IMG/VR virus record: IMGVR_UViG_3300031229_000002
Coordinates: 7,797-71,796 of that record
DNA length: 64,000 nt
Direction: 5' to 3' (one strand)
Origin: a virus
This document shows, one piece after another, positions 16,896 through 26,648 of the stretch (position 1 is its first letter; each line of letters starts with the position of its first letter). The position numbers and the translations under genes were made by a program. The notes below the pieces were generated by a model. It worked only from the letters and a program-made list of their open reading frames with translations, did not search any database and was not told where the DNA came from.

Positions 16896-19800
16896 GTGGC
16901 CTGGTATCACGCCTTCAGCCGACGGCGTCCGCTGCCCACACCCCTGCCCCTCCCAACCGAAGAACCGAAGACACTCACCGCCTCAGCCGCACCCGTCACC
17001 AGCCCCCGCACCGAACTCCTCCGCACCCCCGACACCTGGCAAAACGAAGCCTGGGAGTACTACCAAAACCTCGGCGAATTCCGGTACGCCGCCGACTGGG
17101 AAGCCAACGTCCTCTCACGCATCCGCCTCTACGCCGCCAAAATCGAACCCGGCACCGACGAACCCGTACGCGCCAACGCCGGAACCGCCGTCGACCTCAT
17201 GACCAACTTCGCCGGAGGCGTCGGCGGCCAAGCCCAAATCATGGCCGGACTCGCCACCCAGCTGACTGTCCCCGGCGAGGGATACCTCATCGTCGAGAAC
17301 GTCAACGGCATCGAACAATGGTCCGTCCGCAGCATCGACGAAGTCCGCGCCGCCCGCGGCAAGTACGAAGTCCTCGACGAAAACAGCCCCCGCACCGGCG
17401 ACCAGTGGCGCCCCCTCGCCCCCGAATCCATGGCGCCGATCCGGGTGTGGCGGCCGAACAAAAGGTTCCACCACATCGCCGACAGCCCCGCCCGCGCCGC
17501 CAGGTCGACGATGCGCGAGTTGGAGCTCGTCAACCGGCACATCACCGCCCAGTACCTCAGCCGGTTGGCGTCGGCCGGAGTCGTCGTCTTCCCCGACGAG
17601 ATCACCTTCCCCGTACGCGAGGAGTTCGCAGACGCCCCCGATCCGTTCATGGCCGAGTGGATCGAGAACGCGAAGACCGCGATCAGCACCCCCGGCACGG
17701 CCGCCGCCGTGGTGCCGATGCCGATCCGGGTACCGGGCGAGTACGTCGACAAGATCGCGCACATTGATTTCACGCTGCGCTCCGACGACAAGATCATCGA
17801 GAAGCGGGACTCAGCGATCAAACGCCTCGCCTCCCAACTCAACGTCCCACCAGAAGTGTTGCTCGGAATGGGTGAGCTAAACCACTGGTGTACGTTGGAC
17901 AACGTGCGAATCATGACGCGGGCAGGGTGGAAGACGTACGACCAACTCACCGTGGGCGAGGAGGTGCTGACGCTCAACCACGACACCGGACTCTCCGAGT
18001 GGCAACCACTGCTCGCAGTGAACACCTGGGACGTGGTCGACGAACCGATGGTGACCATCACCGGGCGACGTCACACCTCGACCACCACGCTCAACCACCG
18101 CTGGCCGATCCTGTCCGGCTTGGCGCGTAAGCGAGGCAGGGACTGGACCACGACCGCCGAGCTGATGCAGGCGGCCAAGGCGGCAGGCGACGACGCCCAG
18201 CGACACGAGTACCTCGTTCTGGCCGCGCCGAGTGCCGATCTCCCCACAGAGCCCAAGTACCAGGACGCCCTAGTCGAGTTGGTCGCCTGGTACTTCACCG
18301 AAGGCAACCGAGGAGTCCGTGAGGGGCGGAATACGCCGCAGGTCATCATCCACCAGTCGCACATAGTGAACCCCGACAACTGCGCACGTATCCGCCGCGC
18401 CCTGACTGCCCTCTTTGGGCCAGCGAGCGAAAGCCTCGACAAAGGAGGCCGATACGCGACACCGGAGTCCGTGGCGCGCCGTGCAGAAGCACGGCGCCTG
18501 CGGGCCGAAAACCCGAAGATGCCAAACGTGGAGATCGCCCGTCGCCTCGGCGTCTCGGGAGCCATGGTGGCCAAGTACCTCGCCAAGGAAGCGAAGCTGC
18601 GTGACTCAGCGCCGCGCTGGCGTGAGCGAGTCAAGCGCAGCGGTCAGCTGACCATCTTCATCCTCAACTCGGCTGCTGCGGAGGTCATTCTCGAACACGC
18701 TCCGGGACGTGTCGTCACGCCGGAGTTCGTTCAGCGGCTCACCGCTGCGCAGCTTGAGTTGTTCATTGATACCGCCGTCCGGGGCGATGGGCACGTGACG
18801 GCGAAGGATTCCTCAACCTTCGGCCAGAAGGATCCGGCGATGTGCGATGCATTTGAGCTCGCGTGCATCCTGTCGGGACGCTCGGTCAACCGATACGAAG
18901 TAACCGGCTTGGGCGCATCTGCCAACGGGCCTCGTCTCAAGACTCAGCACGTCGTTTCGTCCACGAACAGGTCATTGACGTTCGCCCCGCGTGGCCGATC
19001 CTTCGAGGAGTTCACCCACACCGGAACCATCTGGTGCCCGACCACCCCCAACCGATCGTGGCTGGCCGAAGATAACGGGCACGTCTTCTTCACTGGCAAC
19101 TCCGCATGGATCGCCGACGAGACGAGCCTGAAGGTCAACACGGCCCCCGACGCTGAACTCGTCTCTCAGGCGCTGACGACCGGCTACCTCCAGCCGCGCC
19201 TCAAAGCCTCCGGCGTGGAGGACTGGGCAACCTGGGTCGTCTGGTACGACATGAGCGAACTGACCCTGCGCCCCGACCGCAGCGACGACGCAGTCCAGTT
19301 GTACGACCGGCTGGAGATCAACGGCGCCGCACTCCGTCGCGAGACCGGCTTTAACGAGGACGACCGGCCCGAAGGCGACGAGCTGAAGGAGCAGGCCCTC
19401 AAGGTCATCATCAAGACGCTGCCCTCCGGCGCCGGATCTGCCCTGTCTCAACTCGTCGGCGAACGCGTCGAGATCACCCCCGTCGCAGCCCAGACACCCG
19501 CCGCGGCAGCAGCACAGGACGACGCCCCGCAGGCAGAGGAACGCGCCGCACCCGCCACCCGCGACGAACCGCCACCGACAGACGAAGCAGCCCGGCAGGC
19601 GGCGGCCGAAGCACGCGCGGAGCGGATGGCCCAACAGGCGAAAGCGTTGCACGCAGTCCGGTTCGCTGCTGGCCGTCCGCCGGACCTGCTGCACCCGGCG
19701 CTGTGTTCCTCGCACGCCTACAGCTGCCCGTTCACGCACGCGGCAGCCAAGCTGCAGACGCTACCGAGACCCGGAACGTCGGGCGTGTACGAGGCACGGC

Positions 19801-19910
19801 TGAGCGCGTTCGGGCAGCTCACGATCGGCCGGCTGTCCCCGCATCTGGACACCACGGGTTTTCTGACCACCGTCTCCCCTCGGAGTAGCAATGGGTTCGC
19901 GAAGCGGTAA
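16896..19910 (+). CDS. Portal protein containing an intein
   Basis: WQNEAWEYY, RVWRP, RLASQLNVPPEVLLG, NHW/SAW; GGAGG RBS before GTG 16896; position after TerL. Confidence 0.85.
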   Translation: MAWYHAFSRRRPLPTPLPLPTEEPKTLTASAAPVTSPRTELLRTPDTWQNEAWEYYQNLGEFRYAADWEANVLSRIRLYAAKIEPGTDEPVRANAGTAVDLMTNFAGGVGGQAQIMAGLATQLTVPGEGYLIVENVNGIEQWSVRSIDEVRAARGKYEVLDENSPRTGDQWRPLAPESMAPIRVWRPNKRFHHIADSPARAARSTMRELELVNRHITAQYLSRLASAGVVVFPDEITFPVREEFADAPDPFMAEWIENAKTAISTPGTAAAVVPMPIRVPGEYVDKIAHIDFTLRSDDKIIEKRDSAIKRLASQLNVPPEVLLGMGELNHWCTLDNVRIMTRAGWKTYDQLTVGEEVLTLNHDTGLSEWQPLLAVNTWDVVDEPMVTITGRRHTSTTTLNHRWPILSGLARKRGRDWTTTAELMQAAKAAGDDAQRHEYLVLAAPSADLPTEPKYQDALVELVAWYFTEGNRGVREGRNTPQVIIHQSHIVNPDNCARIRRALTALFGPASESLDKGGRYATPESVARRAEARRLRAENPKMPNVEIARRLGVSGAMVAKYLAKEAKLRDSAPRWRERVKRSGQLTIFILNSAAAEVILEHAPGRVVTPEFVQRLTAAQLELFIDTAVRGDGHVTAKDSSTFGQKDPAMCDAFELACILSGRSVNRYEVTGLGASANGPRLKTQHVVSSTNRSLTFAPRGRSFEEFTHTGTIWCPTTPNRSWLAEDNGHVFFTGNSAWIADETSLKVNTAPDAELVSQALTTGYLQPRLKASGVEDWATWVVWYDMSELTLRPDRSDDAVQLYDRLEINGAALRRETGFNEDDRPEGDELKEQALKVIIKTLPSGAGSALSQLVGERVEITPVAAQTPAAAAAQDDAPQAEERAAPATRDEPPPTDEAARQAAAEARAERMAQQAKALHAVRFAAGRPPDLLHPALCSSHAYSCPFTHAAAKLQTLPRPGTSGVYEARLSAFGQLTIGRLSPHLDTTGFLTTVSPRSSNGFAKR
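17889..19100 (+). mobile_element. Intein (404 aa) with LAGLIDADG homing endonuclease, in portal
   Basis: Starts CTLDNVRIMTRAGW, ends IWCPTT...FFTGN then Ser; LVAWYFTEG and FIDTAVRGDG motifs; removal restores NHW-SAW. Confidence 0.9.
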
Positions 19911-22806
19911 GCGGTCTCGACGGGCGCCGAAGCGCATGACTCCGGCGCAGGCCCGGCAGACGGAGAAGCACCGGCAGCCCACGGCCGCGGCTGACGGCTC
20001 GCCCCTGCCGTCGATCCGTGTCGAGGTCGAGACCGGCGAGGGCGGCGACGTGGCGGTCTCCATGGTGCGGGACGCCCTCGAAGCCCATCTGCCTGTTCCG
20101 GTTCTTGTGACGGGAACTGTGCGCACCGAGCCGGTGACGGCTGCGGCGGCTGGTCCGCTGCGCCGTCAGCCCACCCAGTTGGAGCTTGCCTCGCACGCCG
20201 ACTTCGCGCAGATGGACAAGGCGTGGCACGAAGCGGTCGACGGCACGGTGGAGGCGTGGGCCACGGTGCAGGAGGCGATGCGCGCCGAGGTCACCGCCAG
20301 CATCCAGGCCGCCGCCGAGGCCGACGACTTGGACCGCCTCGACGGGCTGACCGTGGACACCGACGACGGCTCGCGTCTCCTGATCGCCCGCATGATCGCG
20401 TACGCGCGGGAGGCAGGCGAAGCCCAGCAGGCCGAAGCCGAAGCCCAAGGCGTCGACATTCCCGAGTGGTCCCTCGACGACGAGGCGGTCACCGCGGCGG
20501 CGATCCGTGACCGGCTACGACAGGTCGGCCGTACGACAGCCCGCGTGCTCGGCGTAGGCCTGGTGCAGTCCGCGGTCCGGCAGGCGATGCGCGTGTGGGG
20601 TTCCGGCTCGGCCGAGGAGGTTGCGGGCCAGGTGGACGAGCACCTCGCCGGACTGTCGGGTGCGGCAGTGGAGGAGCAGGTTGGGGCGGCCATGAGCGCC
20701 GCGCAGAACGAGGGCCGCATGGCCGTTCTCGCGGTCGCACCCCCGGCCGAGTACACGGCCAGCGAAATCCTTGATCGCAACTCATGTGCCCCATGCAGGG
20801 ACATCGACGGCACCCGCTACACCACGCTGCCCGATGCCCGCGCTGCGTACCCGTCCGGCGGCTACACGGGCTGCCTCGGCGGGTCCCGTTGCCGGGGCAC
20901 GTTGGTGACCGTGTGGCCGCAGGCCGATGAGCAGGCAGCAGCCGCCGGAATGATCTTGGCGGCTTCCGCGGACACAATGCCGCACCAAACCACCGACATG
21001 GAGGGCACGATGCCGTATCGCGTCGAGCAGGATCACCCGGACTGCGGCGCCGATACGCCGTGGGCCGTCGTCAAGGAAGACGGCGCCGAACTGATGGGCT
21101 GCCACGAAACCGAGGCGCAAGCCCTGGAACAACAGGCCGCGCTGTACGCCGAAGACGACGACAAGCCCGACGACGACGACATGGACTACGCGGGCGAGAC
21201 CGCCCCGTGGGAAGGCGTCCTCGCCGTCGAAGGCATCGTCACCGGCGACGGCCGCGAGTTCGCCGAGGGCGCCCTGCAGTGGGCAGACCTCCCCATCCCG
21301 CTGCGCTGGAACAAGGAAGACTCCCACGGCGGCGAACCCCACACCGTCGCCGTCAACGTCGGCCGCATCGACAAGGTGTGGCGCGACGGCAACAAGATCA
21401 TGGGCGCCGGAGTCCTCAACCTCGCCGAAGCGGACGGCCAGCGCGTCCACGACATGATCAAAGGCGAATTCATCCGCGGCGTCTCCATCGACGCCGACAG
21501 CATCGCGGACGCCGACGTCGAATACGTCTTCCCCGAAGACGTCAACGAAGGCATGGACGACGAGGGCGACCTCTTCGAGATGCTCTTCGCCCAGCCGGAG
21601 AAAGTCATCTTCCACGGCGGCCGCATCCGCGCCGCGACCCTCGTCGACATCCCCGCGTTCGCCGAGGCGTACGTCGCGCTCCTCGACGAGGCCGGCGCGA
21701 TCGTGGCCGGCGGCCAGCCCGTCGGTGAAGCCGCGGTCCAGGCGCTCGCGGTGCAGGAGATGGGCGCGGTCGGCACCCACGACACCGCCACCTCCGACGG
21801 GCCGTGGGACGCGGGCGCGAACGAGAAGCGCATCAACGGCCCGCTGACGGTGGATAAGGCGCGGGCCGCGTACGGCTGGTACGACGGCGGCGCGGTCGAG
21901 GACGGCGAACTCCCCAAGAGTGCGGCGAAGTTCCTCCACCATGAGGTGTCGGCGGACGGCAGCGTTGGCGCGGCGAACCTCGCCGCGTGCTCGGCGGCGA
22001 TCGGTGCCCTGCACGGCGCGCGCGGCGGGGCGAGCATCCCGGACGCGGACCGGCGCGGCGTGTACGACCACGTGGCGAAGCACCTGCGGGACGCGGGCCA
22101 GGAGCCGGAGCCGTTCCGCGCGTTGCACGCGGTGGCTGCGTCGGGTGGGGTGTGGAAGCCGCCTGCCGCCTGGTTCTCGGATCCGAAGCTCAGCCTGCCC
22201 ACCCCGATCACGGTGACGGACGACGGCCGGATTTACGGGCACGCTGCGCAGTGGGGCGTATGCCACATCGGATTCGACGGCAGTTGTGTGCAGGCTCCGC
22301 GAGAGAGCGACCACCCGTACTACCGCACTGGTGAGGTTGTTTGCGCGGACGGGTCGCGGGTGGCGGTCGGTCAGATCACCTTGGGTACCGGGCACGCGCA
22401 CATCAGCTTGGGGGCGTCCCCTGCGGCGGAGCACTACGACAACACCGGGTCGGCGGTCGCCGATGTCGCGGTCGGCAACGATGCGCATGGGATCTGGGTG
22501 GCGGGGTCGATCCGGCCGGGTGCGGATCCGTTGCGGGTGTACGAGTTGCAGGCAGCCGGGCAGGTGTCTGGGGACTGGCGGCGGATCGGCGGCCAGCTCC
22601 GCTTGGTTGGGCTGCTCGCGGTCAATGTGCCTGGTTTCCCGGTGCCGAAGATGCGCGCGCGGGTGGCGAGCGGGGAGCCGCAGGCGTTGGTGGCTGCGGG
22701 TCGTCCGCAGGTGGCGTGGGGTCGCTCGCATGCGGATGTGGAGCGTGACGCGGTGCGGATTGTGATGCGGATGCTGTCGCGTCGTGTCCACCCGGGAAGG
22801 GGGTGA
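19891..22806 (+). CDS. Minor capsid (MuF-like) domain fused to capsid maturation protease-like domains
   Basis: EILDRNSCAPCRDIDG...CLGGSRCRG; WEGVLAVEG..TGDGR, GVSID, ATLVDIPAFAEA, VSGDWR; lies between portal and capsid. Confidence 0.65.
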   Translation: MGSRSGKRSRRAPKRMTPAQARQTEKHRQPTAAADGSPLPSIRVEVETGEGGDVAVSMVRDALEAHLPVPVLVTGTVRTEPVTAAAAGPLRRQPTQLELASHADFAQMDKAWHEAVDGTVEAWATVQEAMRAEVTASIQAAAEADDLDRLDGLTVDTDDGSRLLIARMIAYAREAGEAQQAEAEAQGVDIPEWSLDDEAVTAAAIRDRLRQVGRTTARVLGVGLVQSAVRQAMRVWGSGSAEEVAGQVDEHLAGLSGAAVEEQVGAAMSAAQNEGRMAVLAVAPPAEYTASEILDRNSCAPCRDIDGTRYTTLPDARAAYPSGGYTGCLGGSRCRGTLVTVWPQADEQAAAAGMILAASADTMPHQTTDMEGTMPYRVEQDHPDCGADTPWAVVKEDGAELMGCHETEAQALEQQAALYAEDDDKPDDDDMDYAGETAPWEGVLAVEGIVTGDGREFAEGALQWADLPIPLRWNKEDSHGGEPHTVAVNVGRIDKVWRDGNKIMGAGVLNLAEADGQRVHDMIKGEFIRGVSIDADSIADADVEYVFPEDVNEGMDDEGDLFEMLFAQPEKVIFHGGRIRAATLVDIPAFAEAYVALLDEAGAIVAGGQPVGEAAVQALAVQEMGAVGTHDTATSDGPWDAGANEKRINGPLTVDKARAAYGWYDGGAVEDGELPKSAAKFLHHEVSADGSVGAANLAACSAAIGALHGARGGASIPDADRRGVYDHVAKHLRDAGQEPEPFRALHAVAASGGVWKPPAAWFSDPKLSLPTPITVTDDGRIYGHAAQWGVCHIGFDGSCVQAPRESDHPYYRTGEVVCADGSRVAVGQITLGTGHAHISLGASPAAEHYDNTGSAVADVAVGNDAHGIWVAGSIRPGADPLRVYELQAAGQVSGDWRRIGGQLRLVGLLAVNVPGFPVPKMRARVASGEPQALVAAGRPQVAWGRSHADVERDAVRIVMRMLSRRVHPGRG

Positions 22807-22813
22807 ATGGATC

Positions 22814-22876
22814 GTGTGCAGCTGCAATAAGAGGCGTCGTCCGGCACCTCCGCCGCCGCCCCCGCCAAGCTCCTGA
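22814..22876 (+). CDS. 20-aa CxC/poly-Pro micro-ORF (MCSCNKRRRPAPPPPPPPSS)
   Basis: AGGGGGTGA RBS then GTG; too short for the ORF track. Confidence 0.5.
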   Translation: MCSCNKRRRPAPPPPPPPSS

Positions 22877-22890
22877 CCTTTACAATCACC

Positions 22891-22953
22891 GCACCGGCAA
22901 AGGTAATTGACTCTTTGCCGGTGCGTGTGCTATGCGCTAACCTCCGGCGAAAG
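22891..22953 (+). promoter_or_regulatory. 12-bp inverted repeat overlapping a sigma70/HrdB-like promoter for the capsid gene
   Basis: GCACCGGCAAAG-N10-CTTTGCCGGTGC; TTGCCG-N17-TAACCT. Confidence 0.55.
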
Positions 22954-23000
22954 GGCGCCAACACGACGGGCGCACAACCCTCTTCGCAACGGAGGACAAC

Positions 23001-24761
23001 GTGGCAGCCGAAGAGCTCTTCAGTGCCCCGTCAGATCTGACACTCAGCAGCGACACCGACCTCGCCGAGCTTGAAGCCAAGGCGGTTGCCGAGTTCGAGC
23101 GCGTCCACGGCTCCGACAACGTCGACCCCGAGACGCTCCAGTACGCGATGCGCCTCACCGACGACCTCGACCGCATCCGCGCCGAACTGAGGGTGCGTGA
23201 AGTCCGCGCCGAGCAGGAGGCCAGCCTCCAGCAGGCCCGCGTCGCCGACCAGCTCGCCTCTCTGCAGGCCCGCGTCAGCGGAGCCCCCGCCGCAGCCGAG
23301 CAGCAGCCCGCAGCCCCCGCGGTCGATGCTGAGGCCATCGCGCAGGCCACCGCGCAGGGCGTCACCGCCGCCCTGTCGACGTTCATGATGGACCGCCGCG
23401 GCGGCACCGTCCGGCCCGGCGAGGTCGCCCGCCGGGCGACCGCATCTCTGGCCGAGACCGCCGCGCACGCGCCGAAGCCGAAGGTCCCCGAGAAGCGTCT
23501 CGCCGTCACCGCATCCGTCGACATTCCCGGCGTGGCCCACGGCGGTGAACTGCCCACCCTCGGCTCGTTGGCCGACGTGGTCGCCCGCAAGGCCAAGTCC
23601 ATGCCGGTCACGCAGGGCCAGCCGTCCGAGCAGCTCGTCGCATCGATCCGTAACGACTTCGGTCACACCGTCGACGACCGCACGTCCCGCGGCGAGATGA
23701 AGGAACTCATCGAGTACCTCACCGGCCCGGACAAGCAGCAGGCGTTGGTGGCCGGTGGCGGATGGTGCGCGCCGTCGGAGATCCGCTACGACTTCTTCAA
23801 CATCGCCTGCGAAGACGGCATGATCGACCTGCCGACCTTCGGCGTCAGCCGCGGCGGCATCCAGTTCCCGACCAGCCCGTCCCTCGCGGACGCGCTCGGC
23901 GGCGGCACCGCCTTCGCAGAGTTCGCCGCCACCCTCTCCAACGAGAGCACGCCGTTCCTGTGGACCGAGGCTAGCGACATCGCCGCCGCCACCGGCGACC
24001 CCACCAAGCCCTGCATCCGCGTCCCTTGCCCGGACTTCGAAGAGGTCCGCCTGGAGTGCTACGGCTACTGCCTCACCGCAGGCAACCTGACCGACGACGC
24101 GTTCCCTGAGGCCACGGCCAACATGCTGCAACTGCTGATGGCAGCACACGCACACGTCATCAACGCCCGCCTCATCGCGCAGATGCTCCTCGCATCCAGC
24201 GCCACCACCACCATTGACGGGGGCGCCGCGACCGACGCCGCCGCACCCCGCATCTACAACGCGGTCGGCCTCGCGGCCACCGACTACCGGGCCCGGTACG
24301 GCATGTGCATCGACGACATCCTCGAAGTCGTCCTCCCGTACTGGGTCCGCGAGGTCATCCGCGGCGACCTCGCGTGGAAGGCAGGCGTCGAACTCCAGGC
24401 AGTCACCAACGCCGAGGTCGACTCGTACTTCACCGCCCGCAACGTCCGCGTCCAGTGGGTCAACGACTGGCAGGTCCGCGGCGCCTCGCAGTTCGGCAAC
24501 AGCTCGGCGATGACCGCATGGCCGACCACCGTCGACTTCCTCATCTATGCGGCCGGCACCTTCGTCCACGGCAACGGCCTCTCCCTCGATCTCGGCGTGA
24601 TCCGCGACTCGGTTCTCAACGAGACCAACGACCACACCGCCGCCTGGTCGGAGGAGTGCCACCTCATCGCCCGCGTCGGCCACGAGTCCCGCCGGTACAC
24701 CGTCGGCTTCCAGGTCAACGGATCCACCTCAGCGCTGCTGGACGGCGCGGAGAGGGTCTGA
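23001..24761 (+). CDS. Major capsid protein with N-terminal scaffold-like region
   Basis: GGAGG RBS; coiled-coil N-terminus; AGGGWCAPSEIRYD, LPTFGVSRGGI, LDLGVIRDS. Confidence 0.85.
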   Translation: MAAEELFSAPSDLTLSSDTDLAELEAKAVAEFERVHGSDNVDPETLQYAMRLTDDLDRIRAELRVREVRAEQEASLQQARVADQLASLQARVSGAPAAAEQQPAAPAVDAEAIAQATAQGVTAALSTFMMDRRGGTVRPGEVARRATASLAETAAHAPKPKVPEKRLAVTASVDIPGVAHGGELPTLGSLADVVARKAKSMPVTQGQPSEQLVASIRNDFGHTVDDRTSRGEMKELIEYLTGPDKQQALVAGGGWCAPSEIRYDFFNIACEDGMIDLPTFGVSRGGIQFPTSPSLADALGGGTAFAEFAATLSNESTPFLWTEASDIAAATGDPTKPCIRVPCPDFEEVRLECYGYCLTAGNLTDDAFPEATANMLQLLMAAHAHVINARLIAQMLLASSATTTIDGGAATDAAAPRIYNAVGLAATDYRARYGMCIDDILEVVLPYWVREVIRGDLAWKAGVELQAVTNAEVDSYFTARNVRVQWVNDWQVRGASQFGNSSAMTAWPTTVDFLIYAAGTFVHGNGLSLDLGVIRDSVLNETNDHTAAWSEECHLIARVGHESRRYTVGFQVNGSTSALLDGAERV

Positions 24762-24789
24762 TCCAGATGCCAGCGAGAGGAGCAGTTTG

Positions 24790-25044
24790 ATGGCGATTTT
24801 CTACGGCGCGGTCGTGGCTATCTCAGCCAATACAGCAACGAAGTTGATCGACTCTGCCGAGGTGGATCGGCAAGTACACATCGGCGGCACTCTGGAGCGC
24901 CTGGGATTCGCATCCGCAGAGGTCAGCTCGTCATCGAACAGCCTCAGCCTGAGCGATCTTGTACTTCCTGCGGGCAAAGAGCTGTGGGCTTACACCGGGA
25001 GTGCTCGGGATCTTCGGTTCCTCGTCACTGCGATCGCACGATAG
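24790..25044 (+). CDS. Hypothetical protein (lower GC)
   Basis: GAGGAG RBS; atypical codon usage. Confidence 0.5.
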   Translation: MAIFYGAVVAISANTATKLIDSAEVDRQVHIGGTLERLGFASAEVSSSSNSLSLSDLVLPAGKELWAYTGSARDLRFLVTAIAR

Positions 25045-25061
25045 AAGGGTGGTGAGCGCCG

Positions 25062-25937
25062 ATGGCCGCACGCCAACTCATCGACCCACCAGCGTTCACC
25101 GCCCTGCCCTACGGGCTGTGGGACACAATCCAGCACCCGCCCCCGCCGCCGCACTGGCAGCAGGGCGTCACCTGGGTGGACCGCTGCCCGACCGGCGACA
25201 CCACCTACGACGAGTGCCTCACGGTCACCGGCACCGGCGCACCCCCCGAACCCGCCGCCAAAACCGGCAACGTTGAGCAGACCTACCGCGGGGCGACACC
25301 GTTCACGGTGTACGCCGAGTTTGAATGCTCCGCGGTCGGTGTGGGCGGCGCGGAGTCGGTGGCCGCTGATGCTTTGGCGCGTGTCGAGCAGCAGCAGGTA
25401 GAGGCCGCGTTCTGGACCGGCACCGCCGGGTCGCAGGCGGTGGTGTTCCCGCACCTCGCCGCCGACACGGAGGTTGTCGACTCGCAGGACATTGTGCTTC
25501 AGCCGGTCGCGTCCCCGGCGGTGACCGGTGCTGACGTCGCTCACGCGCTGGGCGAGCTGGAGGCCGAACTCGCGGACTGCTACGCCGGCCAAGGCCTCAT
25601 CCACGTCTCCCGTGAGGCGCTACCCACGTTGGCGGCGTGGAACCTTATCGCCGAGCGGGACGGCCGCCTGTACACGACCGGCGGGAACCTCGTCGTCGTG
25701 GGCGGCGGCTACACCGGCAGCGGCCCTGACGGGTCGGCACCGGCCGCCGGAACCACATGGATCTATGCCACGGGTGCCGCGTTCGGCTACCGCTCGGACG
25801 TGTTCTTCACCGACGTCCGCGAGTCCCTTGACCGGTCCGAGAACACCATCCGCATGATCGCCGAGCGCACCTACGTCATCGGCTTCGAATGCTGCCTACT
25901 TGCCGCGCAGATCACGCTCGGCGTGCCCACCGACTAG
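25062..25937 (+). CDS. Minor capsid/cement-like protein
   Basis: Follows capsid; HWQQGVTW, PFTVYA, AERTYVIG. Confidence 0.6.
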   Translation: MAARQLIDPPAFTALPYGLWDTIQHPPPPPHWQQGVTWVDRCPTGDTTYDECLTVTGTGAPPEPAAKTGNVEQTYRGATPFTVYAEFECSAVGVGGAESVAADALARVEQQQVEAAFWTGTAGSQAVVFPHLAADTEVVDSQDIVLQPVASPAVTGADVAHALGELEAELADCYAGQGLIHVSREALPTLAAWNLIAERDGRLYTTGGNLVVVGGGYTGSGPDGSAPAAGTTWIYATGAAFGYRSDVFFTDVRESLDRSENTIRMIAERTYVIGFECCLLAAQITLGVPTD

Positions 25938-25946
25938 GGGATTGTC

Positions 25947-26624
25947 ATGGCTGTTGTCTCCACGTGCGCCACCCCGATCAAGGGCACGCACCTCCGAATC
26001 ATCGAACTCGACGCGTGCGGTGTCCCCGTGACGGGCGACGGCGGCCTGGTCATCGTGACCACCGGCTTCGTCCAGGTCGTCCAGGAACCCCAGTACGAGG
26101 AAGGCACCGAGTTCTTCGAGCGCACCGCATCGGGTGAGGCGTGCGTGAACCAGAAGGACGACCCCATCCTCAAGCGCATGCAGCTCACGGCGCAGTACTG
26201 CCTCTTCAACGTGTCCGGCATGGCCCACGTCATGTCCGCCCGCGAACTCATGACCGGCACTCCCACCACCGGCACCGGGTTCGCCGTCGCCGAAGGATCC
26301 TCCTCCAACCGGTACAGCCTGGAGGTGTGGCAGGAAGTCGCAGGCTCCGGGGCGTGCGACGCGGACGGCAACCAGCGGTACGTGTACAACGCGTGGCCCA
26401 ACGTCGGCGCGACGATGATCGGCGGCTACACCATCGAGAACGGCCGCTCCACCCTGGAAACCACCTCCGAAACGAGGGGAGCCGCAGCGAACTGGGACAC
26501 CCTCGTCGGCGGGGACTGGCTTCCGGCTGGTGAGTCAGTGCTGACAGACGAGCACTGGGTGTGGAACGTGACCACCACCGCGCCGCCGACCGCCGCCTGC
26601 GACCCGACCACGCTCGCCGCATAA
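25947..26624 (+). CDS. Major tail protein
   Basis: RIIELDACG, YEEGTEF..RTASGEACV, SLEVW; size and position. Confidence 0.7.
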   Translation: MAVVSTCATPIKGTHLRIIELDACGVPVTGDGGLVIVTTGFVQVVQEPQYEEGTEFFERTASGEACVNQKDDPILKRMQLTAQYCLFNVSGMAHVMSARELMTGTPTTGTGFAVAEGSSSNRYSLEVWQEVAGSGACDADGNQRYVYNAWPNVGATMIGGYTIENGRSTLETTSETRGAAANWDTLVGGDWLPAGESVLTDEHWVWNVTTTAPPTAACDPTTLAA

Positions 26625-26648
26625 CCTGACCCGCCCCGAGGGGGAGCC

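Noticed and set aside
20782-24683. Long antisense ORFs (e.g. 681 aa and 550 aa) here and elsewhere
   Set aside because: Shadow ORFs caused by high GC3 on the coding strand; no motifs or RBS.
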